This document shows positions 50,873 through 57,514 of a DNA stretch of 57,514 nucleotides, piece after piece. The stretch's first letter is position 1, and every line of letters starts with the position of its first letter. The notes below the pieces were generated by a model. The model did not search any database. It saw only the letters and a list, made by a program, of their open reading frames with translations, and was not told the DNA's origin. The position numbers and the translations under genes were made by a program. The DNA lies in the IMG/VR virus record IMGVR_UViG_3300031920_000146, positions 1-57,514 of that record, one strand, 5' to 3'. Source of the DNA: a virus.

Positions 50873-53497
50873 TTATCCAAAGTCAAATTGTACATCTTCT
50901 GCTCCCGTAAAATCACCAACCTCACTTACCATTAAAATAAATGTGTCAGACACCGATCCTGATCCAAATCTATACCTAAGCGATATTTTTGTATGTTCTC
51001 TATCAAGATCATGTATTAGCGATTCGATTCTACCAATACTAATCTTGCTCTTGAAATATTCGTAGTCGTAAATGCCTTTTAATTTTATTTCTTTCCCAAC
51101 TTTTGTTCTTGTTGTAACATCAAAAACGACTGGTATATTATTTATTTTAGCGTCCAGAAAAATTCCCTCATACTTGTATCTATTTAAGATATTACTAAGT
51201 GCTAAGTTGCCATTTTCAAAATCAGTATTAGAAATCGGGACTTTTGATATTACTGCATTATAATTACTGTCGTGATTGATCAGTATCATGCCATTCTCAA
51301 TGTCAGATGGGTTTTCTATGCAATACCTAATATCGGTTGTTATATTCTTAGTTGCCAATGTATTTCTAATGTCCTCATTCCTTTTATTTGATACTATTTT
51401 ATCGTAAGTTATATTATTGTCATTGAAGTCTTTATATCCTGAATTCGCTATCTGGAAATTAACCAGAGAATACATTTCAGATTTATCAAATTTCCACGAT
51501 GATATTTCAGTAAGTAATTCCATATTATTCAAATATGGTGTGTTAGGTGTTGCGGTTTTGGTTATGTCTAAAATTACTTTAGCTTCATCAATGTATTTTA
51601 AATGCTCTAAATGCAATACCCCAAGAATATCAACCCACCAAAATATCTGATTATTAAATAATGCCTTTAAGTCAGACATCAAGTCCTTGAAGTTAATTTT
51701 AAGGATGGAATCTTCAGAGTCAGTATTTATTTCTTTTAATTGATAGGTATGTGCGGCAGCTATTTTGTTTAACCAATTCTCTGTCCCCTGTTGGTACGCA
51801 TAATTTACATTTGCGGACACATCAGGAATGTCAGAATCAGGATCGTTCCAAAAGAATACAGAATTAATATCGTTGTTTACTAATGATAAAAATGTGCCGT
51901 TATAAACATCTTGTACTATTTCTCTAAAATCTCTCGTTTGGAGCACTACCGATTCCACAGATGATGGATATACTTTATTAGATTTTAGTCTTACGTCCCA
52001 CTCAAGGCTTGCGTTTGTTCCGCCTGCATCGTCTATGTCTCCTAGATTCCATTCAGTTATTGTTCCATCGAAAGGCTTCTTAACCCATAATCTTTCATTA
52101 TTAGAATTATCATATTCGGTGTCAGTCCATCCTGATACTGGAGGTGTGTCACCCTGAGCTACATATTTCTCAAATCTGGAATATTTACATAGCGCATGAG
52201 TACTTGCTTTGTGTACTGTATTAAACCATCCACCCCACCAAAAATCAGAATACACTTCTACCTCTGACAATTCAAATCCATAAGGCTCTAATACTGCCCC
52301 GATGTCATTTCCTGTACCCATATATAACCCACTTATAGGAATTACATTTATACCAAGCTCTGCTATGACAGATGAATCGATACTGGCGGCAGTGCTATAT
52401 GGTGCATATAGGTTGGAATTAAGTAAGGTATCTTTCGGTGAGCCATCTATGTTAAAATAAGAAGCTAGTGTAGGTATGGTTGAATCATAATTGCTTTTAA
52501 GTATAGAATCAGTAACTCCCATTTTAAACTCAGTCCATATCTCGTAAGTTTTAAGGCTAGATTCTTGAATTTCTACTGAAACATCTGTTGTTGCGTATGC
52601 AATATTCGTAGTACTTAATTCAATCTTAATGTCATTATAGTTTACTGTGCAGGTAGGGTTCAAACTGCATATAACTCTAACCCAATCACCTTTAGGTATT
52701 GTTATGTCTACATTGTATGATTCAGACAGTGTGCCTGTACTGAGCGCACTGCCTAATGCTCCGCTATATATCTGATTGTCATCATTGTCATATACCTCTA
52801 ATATGAACCATGATGGTGGTGTAGGGTCCGCTATTAATATTTCTGCATTTATGTAAACGGAAAAAGCCGCATCGTATTCCACTTTTGAATTTACAAATAT
52901 ACCTCCCGTTTTGTTGCCTAGTAATATGTCGGTAGGAGTCTGAGCTTCATCCATGTCAGAAATACTTAGTTCAACAGGAAGGTTGTGTGATTGACTAAAA
53001 TCAATCCCCTTCATGTCGGGATCAATACTCCATGTCGATTTTCTTATAATTGTTTCCCCAAAAATAGGTACTTCGGTTTCCCAGTTTTCAACGAGATCCG
53101 TATATTGGTCTAATATCGTAGGTGTTGCTATGACAATTCCACTATCTTGGTCGAACTCACAATCATTCGTACCAAAATAACCTCTTATGACATTTGATGA
53201 ATCAGGATCTACAAGGCTTGCAGGAAGCGTTACCTTCATTCTTATCTCCTGATCTATCGAAGCATTTGCTATTATATTATATGTTTCTGCTGCCGACCCT
53301 GTAAGATTTGGATTGTTTTTAAATGTTACCTGCCCCCATGAGTAACGGGTAAACATTTCTTTATTAAATGGAGCTTTTTTAAATTGCTCAATATCAGGAA
53401 CTATCTCTACCCAATTAGCATTGTCGTCATCGTTCCATTCCGAGTTCTTAGGAACAGTCCAATCTAAAAAGACTTTATATCTAGTATTAAATCCCAT
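50873..53497 (-). CDS. Tail-associated (Tal-like) baseplate protein (874 aa)
   Basis: Second gene after the tape measure, as in the siphovirus TMP-Dit-Tal order. Confidence 0.5.
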   Translation of the reverse strand: MGFNTRYKVFLDWTVPKNSEWNDDDNANWVEIVPDIEQFKKAPFNKEMFTRYSWGQVTFKNNPNLTGSAAETYNIIANASIDQEIRMKVTLPASLVDPDSSNVIRGYFGTNDCEFDQDSGIVIATPTILDQYTDLVENWETEVPIFGETIIRKSTWSIDPDMKGIDFSQSHNLPVELSISDMDEAQTPTDILLGNKTGGIFVNSKVEYDAAFSVYINAEILIADPTPPSWFILEVYDNDDNQIYSGALGSALSTGTLSESYNVDITIPKGDWVRVICSLNPTCTVNYNDIKIELSTTNIAYATTDVSVEIQESSLKTYEIWTEFKMGVTDSILKSNYDSTIPTLASYFNIDGSPKDTLLNSNLYAPYSTAASIDSSVIAELGINVIPISGLYMGTGNDIGAVLEPYGFELSEVEVYSDFWWGGWFNTVHKASTHALCKYSRFEKYVAQGDTPPVSGWTDTEYDNSNNERLWVKKPFDGTITEWNLGDIDDAGGTNASLEWDVRLKSNKVYPSSVESVVLQTRDFREIVQDVYNGTFLSLVNNDINSVFFWNDPDSDIPDVSANVNYAYQQGTENWLNKIAAAHTYQLKEINTDSEDSILKINFKDLMSDLKALFNNQIFWWVDILGVLHLEHLKYIDEAKVILDITKTATPNTPYLNNMELLTEISSWKFDKSEMYSLVNFQIANSGYKDFNDNNITYDKIVSNKRNEDIRNTLATKNITTDIRYCIENPSDIENGMILINHDSNYNAVISKVPISNTDFENGNLALSNILNRYKYEGIFLDAKINNIPVVFDVTTRTKVGKEIKLKGIYDYEYFKSKISIGRIESLIHDLDREHTKISLRYRFGSGSVSDTFILMVSEVGDFTGAEDVQFDFG

Positions 53498-53508
53498 TTA
53501 TCAATTTT

Positions 53509-53529
53509 CACAAAGTTATAGATAAAATC
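53509..53529 (-). promoter_or_regulatory. Late promoter-like box (identical 21-mer to 8161..8181), 13 nt upstream of ATG 53497
   Basis: Plus-strand cacaaagttatagataaaatc; it continues into the palindrome ATAGATAAAATCTAT (53518..53532). Confidence 0.5.
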
Positions 53530-54308
53530 TATACATCATTCATAGGTTGCAGATAATCTTTCAGTTTGAACTTCCAGTTTATGATTAAAATATCACTATA
53601 GCTAAAGTTCTGTGCGGTATCCGCAGTCTCTATGTCATATATTTCATTTGAATCATTCTTGTAGGTGATAGTAACTGTGCCGTTTGTTGCAACCACCCTT
53701 AGTCCAGCTAAGAAATTTAACGTTTTCCTGTACCCTGTAATCTCGAACTCCTGTGCATGGTTACGTGAATTGTAATAAGGGATATTGCCATATGTTTTTG
53801 AATCACCCTCTTCTTCTACATCGTATTCTTCCCTGAATCCGTTCTTTCTAACTTCAAGATAAACTAAATAAGTGAATCCGGTCATGTTCATCTTAAGACT
53901 ACTTATGGATATATCGGCAGTTGTCGCTTCAATTTTTAAATATTCAGAAACATCTGTTTTCCAACAAAATACATCAGTATATAACTTGCTTGCATCATAG
54001 GTTATTTCGACGTAATAAAAGCCATCATCTTTGCTAGTTAATGTTGCTCCCAAAAATATCAATCTACTATAAACTGTCCCTGCATCATTGGTATCGTTTT
54101 CAACTGTCACTGAGCCTGTCGAAACTTGAACATCATTAATATCAAACAATTTATAACTGGCAGTAATTATCGTTCCTGTTACTATTATTTGAAAAGCAGG
54201 AATTTTATTCGTTTCAAAATGATGTAAAACACGAATATTTCCAGTATTGTCATATTGGCGATTAGCCTTCGTTTCGTAAATCCCTAATGTATTATAGCTA
54301 TATATCAT
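53529..54308 (-). CDS. Distal tail protein (Dit-like) (259 aa)
   Basis: First gene after the tape measure; 4-nt overlap with the TMP stop. Confidence 0.5.
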   Translation of the reverse strand: MIYSYNTLGIYETKANRQYDNTGNIRVLHHFETNKIPAFQIIVTGTIITASYKLFDINDVQVSTGSVTVENDTNDAGTVYSRLIFLGATLTSKDDGFYYVEITYDASKLYTDVFCWKTDVSEYLKIEATTADISISSLKMNMTGFTYLVYLEVRKNGFREEYDVEEEGDSKTYGNIPYYNSRNHAQEFEITGYRKTLNFLAGLRVVATNGTVTITYKNDSNEIYDIETADTAQNFSYSDILIINWKFKLKDYLQPMNDV

Positions 54309-57300
54309 ATCTTGTAGCGTCCAACGAAGCCTTTTCTTCGCACTATCTTATAATTACCTTCGTATGTTGTTGACTCACTAGTATTCTTGTTTATTTGCCT
54401 TAATTGACTATTTGTTGATGACATGTCAATCATGTTGTATGTACTATTCATCGCTTCGTTTGCTAAAACACTTGCAATTCCATCATTCGGAATAATATCT
54501 GTACCTGAAGGCAAGTTCATTACAGTAGGCGTACTTGGAGTGAGAAACATTTGACCGCTTGGTAATATTCCCAATTCTGATCCACCTGCTTTTGTTGGGT
54601 CTCCCTTCTTGTCTCCTACTATCGCTTGTCCACCTTCAAAGTTTTTAACCCCCTCAGCAAAGGATGGAAGAGGCTTGGCTAATACTGCTGCTAATTGTGC
54701 TGCTCCTATACCTCCAACGACAGCAGTTAATATTCCTGCTGAAATACCGAAATCAAATTTAGGAACCTGTGCCCAAATACCAATAATAGCCTGAGCAGTA
54801 CTTAATCCAATATTAAATGCTGCTTGCGCTTTGGCTGCTTTAGCCTGACGTTTCGCAATCTTTCTTTCCTCTGCCTCAAACTTACGCTTGGCAACCAATT
54901 TGGCTGCTTCTGAATCTCCTGCAAGTTGCGTTTCTCTTTCGTAGCGGTTTTTTGCTCGCTGAAGTTGATTGTCAGAAAATTGTTGCTGAATATTAAATCC
55001 TGCATTTACATTCTCAGAGATGAACGCAAATGTTTTTTCAAGTTCTTCTCGTTTTAATTTTTCGGTTTCTACTGTACCCTTACGGACAGTTTCTTGTAAT
55101 TTCTCTTCAAGTTGTTTTTGTTTTTCTGCTGCATCTTCTTTTGCCTCCACCGAAGTTATCGAGCTATCAATTATGGCTTGCTGTGCATTATACTCTATCG
55201 TTAATAAATCAACAGCAAGTTTTATATTTATTGCCTTTATTTTGGATGCCCTGTTTTTAGCGTCTAATATTTGTTGGGTGTATCCCTTCTGGATAGCTAC
55301 CCTTTGAGTATCGGCATCTGCAAAAATAGATGCTACTTTCTGGTCACTAAATCTTTCAAAATCTTCTTCACTTGAATCGAAGAATTTCTTATCTATAAGA
55401 GTATTTCTCTTCAGGCTTTCGCTTAATACATTAGATTGTGCCAAGGCAGCATTTTTTTGCGTGTCTATCCGTTGCTTCGCATTAGCATTTGCAGATTTAG
55501 CTAATTCATCATTTTGATCTTTTATAAATTTAGAAAGTTCTATTCCTCTTTTCATTTCGGCGACATTGCCGCCATCCCCTAGTTCGCCGAGACTGTCTAA
55601 TTCTACTTTTTTTAACGCTATCCGTAGCTCCATCTGACTCTTCTCGATAGAAAATAAATCCTTTCCTGTTTTTTTATTTGTTTCAGCAAGCCTATTTGCA
55701 ACTTCAATTCTTGCCTCTGTGAATGCAATGTCCTTGAACGAAAACGTTTCGTAGTTTTTAGATATAGCATCTAAATTTGACTGCTCTTTATCACTTAATC
55801 CCTTTTGTTCCTTCTTTAGGAGAAGAAAATCTCTAGTTATTTTTATTGCATCTAATGATTTTTTATTGTTTTTTTGCTTTAATACTAATTCTTTTTCTTG
55901 TTGTATTAAAACAGCTTCGTAAGTAACGATTCCTTTAGACATGAAATCATTCGTACTGATAAGACTATCTTTTAAACCCTTAGATGTTTGATTAGCAAAT
56001 GATTTTGTATCTTTTTCTGCTTTGTCTAACTCCTTTTCGTATACGTCGAAACTAAATGGTTTTATAGACGCTCCTTCCTTATCTGCATCCATGAGTGATT
56101 TACGTCTTTCAACATATTGCTCAAATGCCTTAGAAGCAGTATCCATCCCAACTCCGATCTCTTTCATCTTCGCTATCCACGCGTTCAGATTCTTCATGTC
56201 AGCCAATGGCGATTTTCCTACATCTTCTATTTTATCAAAATAATCTACTATCTCATTTGCTCCCTTGCCGATACTATCACTTAATCCTTCTAATCCACCT
56301 AATTCATTAACCATCCCTAGCGTCCACCGCAGTTTAACTATCTGATCGTTTATCTCATCAATTACTGATATATACACGCTGCTTGCCTGTAATTCATCAA
56401 CAAATTTTACCCACGAAGTTTTCAATCTTCCATGAGCCGCTGCTAGGTTATTAACTCTGTTTAGGGATTCTATACCATAAGCCTTTTCTAATGCGACTGC
56501 GAATTTAGGTAATGCCTCTGTGGACAACACTGACCCTGCCTTCAGCATTTTATCAAGTTCGACTATTGATACACCAACTGCATCAGCCATAATTCCCATC
56601 GCCCCTGGAAGTCTTTCACCTAATTGTCTACGAAGTTCCTCAGTAGTTACTTTACCCTTTGAAATCATCTGCTCCAAAGCAAGGAACACACCGTTCACTT
56701 CATCGGTTTTTAATCCTAATACTGCTGCTGCCTTTGCCGTAGAATTAAAAATTTTCATTGTTTCCCTAGCAGACATATTGGACTGCATTGATGCTGCTCG
56801 AAACTTTATGTATCTTTCAGTAAGTGTCAATATGTCCTGTCCGTAATTTATTACAGTTTTTGTTAGGAATATATTTGTGGCTGCATATTCTTTTGTGTCC
56901 TTTATTATTGTTCGCATAGAAAAGTCAAGTGAATCTAACTTTTTAGTCATATTCAATAAGTCTCTTGTGAAGAACTGTACAATCCTGTTTAGCCCAAACA
57001 TCGCGGCTGCATATATCCCAACTGACCGAACTAAATTCTTTAATCCACTTGTTTTTTTCTTCCTTGCAGATTCTTCTTTTTTGTCAGCCATCGACTTATC
57101 TCTAGCGGCTTTCTTCTCAAATGCTGCAACTCTTTTAGCTGCGGCAATCCATTCTGCGATATCTTTCTTTTGGTCTGCTAATTTTTTCTTGGCTGCTGCC
57201 CTCCTGTCTCTGTCAGCTTTTTTCTCGAATGTTGCCACCCTCTTTGCGGCTGCAATCCAATCAGACATATTCTTTTTCTGGTCTGAAGTTTTCTTTTTAT

Positions 57301-57514
57301 CTGCGGCTGCTACATTTTTAGCTGCGGCAATCCATTCTGCGATATCTTTCTTTTGGTCTGCTAATTTTTTCTTGGCTGCTGCCCTCCTGTCTCTGTCAGC
57401 TTTTTTCTCGAATGTTGCCACCCTCTTTGCGGCTGCAATCCAATCAGACATATTCTTTTTCTGGTCTGAAGTTTTCTTTTTATCTGCGGCTGCTACATTT
57501 TTAGCTGCGGCAAT
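54305..57514 (-). CDS. Tail tape measure protein, main body (continues upstream across the junction to ATG 316; about 1156 aa in total)
   Basis: Very long helical protein with an N-terminal K/A-rich repeat, core ..LGLKTDEVNGVFLALEQMISKGKVTTEELRRQLGERLPGAMG.., and a hydrophobic G/A-rich segment near the C-terminus. The frame stays open to the window end. Confidence 0.85.
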   Translation of the reverse strand: MAAAKNVAAADKKKTSDQKKNMSDWIAAAKRVATFEKKADRDRRAAAKKKLADQKKDIAEWIAAAKNVAAADKKKTSDQKKNMSDWIAAAKRVATFEKKADRDRRAAAKKKLADQKKDIAEWIAAAKRVAAFEKKAARDKSMADKKEESARKKKTSGLKNLVRSVGIYAAAMFGLNRIVQFFTRDLLNMTKKLDSLDFSMRTIIKDTKEYAATNIFLTKTVINYGQDILTLTERYIKFRAASMQSNMSARETMKIFNSTAKAAAVLGLKTDEVNGVFLALEQMISKGKVTTEELRRQLGERLPGAMGIMADAVGVSIVELDKMLKAGSVLSTEALPKFAVALEKAYGIESLNRVNNLAAAHGRLKTSWVKFVDELQASSVYISVIDEINDQIVKLRWTLGMVNELGGLEGLSDSIGKGANEIVDYFDKIEDVGKSPLADMKNLNAWIAKMKEIGVGMDTASKAFEQYVERRKSLMDADKEGASIKPFSFDVYEKELDKAEKDTKSFANQTSKGLKDSLISTNDFMSKGIVTYEAVLIQQEKELVLKQKNNKKSLDAIKITRDFLLLKKEQKGLSDKEQSNLDAISKNYETFSFKDIAFTEARIEVANRLAETNKKTGKDLFSIEKSQMELRIALKKVELDSLGELGDGGNVAEMKRGIELSKFIKDQNDELAKSANANAKQRIDTQKNAALAQSNVLSESLKRNTLIDKKFFDSSEEDFERFSDQKVASIFADADTQRVAIQKGYTQQILDAKNRASKIKAINIKLAVDLLTIEYNAQQAIIDSSITSVEAKEDAAEKQKQLEEKLQETVRKGTVETEKLKREELEKTFAFISENVNAGFNIQQQFSDNQLQRAKNRYERETQLAGDSEAAKLVAKRKFEAEERKIAKRQAKAAKAQAAFNIGLSTAQAIIGIWAQVPKFDFGISAGILTAVVGGIGAAQLAAVLAKPLPSFAEGVKNFEGGQAIVGDKKGDPTKAGGSELGILPSGQMFLTPSTPTVMNLPSGTDIIPNDGIASVLANEAMNSTYNMIDMSSTNSQLRQINKNTSESTTYEGNYKIVRRKGFVGRYKI
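57149..57514. repeat. Two exact 183-nt (61-aa) tandem repeat units in the TMP gene (57149..57331 and 57332..57514), plus a partial third at 57131..57148
   Basis: Offset of 183 nt measured between identical strings; protein unit MSDWIAAAKRVATFEKKADRDRRAAAKKKLADQKKDIAEWIAAAKNVAAADKKKTSDQKKN. Confidence 0.85.

Overview
The window is a complete, circularly closed genome of a tailed dsDNA phage, about 57.46 kb of unique sequence. The first 55 nt recur exactly at 57460..57514, and the tape-measure ORF reads in frame across that junction. The genome is AT-rich. I can support no integrase, tRNA, rRNA or CRISPR array. The gene order is that of a siphovirus. A Bacteroidota-type host is an inference only, drawn from TAnnTTTG-like -7 boxes before late operons, a DUF4373-like replication initiator, and Sec signal peptides ending ANAQ/SQAQ/SMSQ.

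Leftward (minus-strand) late arm, in transcription order: terS (15426), then a 4.8-kb accessory island (GIY-YIG, MT-A70 methylase, DnaQ-like exonuclease, frameshifted NUMOD4-HNH), terL, portal, prohead protease, HK97-like capsid, neck genes, tail tube and an overlapping chaperone pair. The arm then crosses the junction into the tape measure (about 1156 aa), Dit/Tal-like proteins, a 1871-aa repeat-rich fibre and the lysis cassette, ending at 41477.

Rightward (plus-strand) early arm, 16130..41294: PD-(D/E)XK exonuclease plus RecT, a DnaA-domain-IV-like protein, ASCH, NinG-like, KilA-N, and a DUF4373-like initiator with a DnaC-like loader. From about 31.3 to 41.1 kb it becomes an array of about 27 very small genes.

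The points most worth a second look:
- The small-gene array has conserved boundary motifs and hairpins around each gene.
- Inside the array, a radical-SAM enzyme is translationally coupled to an unannotated 28-aa His/Cys-rich peptide, a RiPP-like layout.
- A PAPS-reductase-like PP-loop gene module is bracketed by perfect 150-bp direct repeats.
- Two homologous inverted-repeat-bounded noncoding inserts lie in the array.
- A structured, promoter-fed noncoding stretch sits in the divergent control region.
- A free-standing ORF copies the conserved tape-measure core motif.
- The tail-chaperone pair needs a +1 shift, not -1, at an A7 run next to a stop codon.

All functional calls rest on motifs read by eye plus synteny. 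No database search was run.
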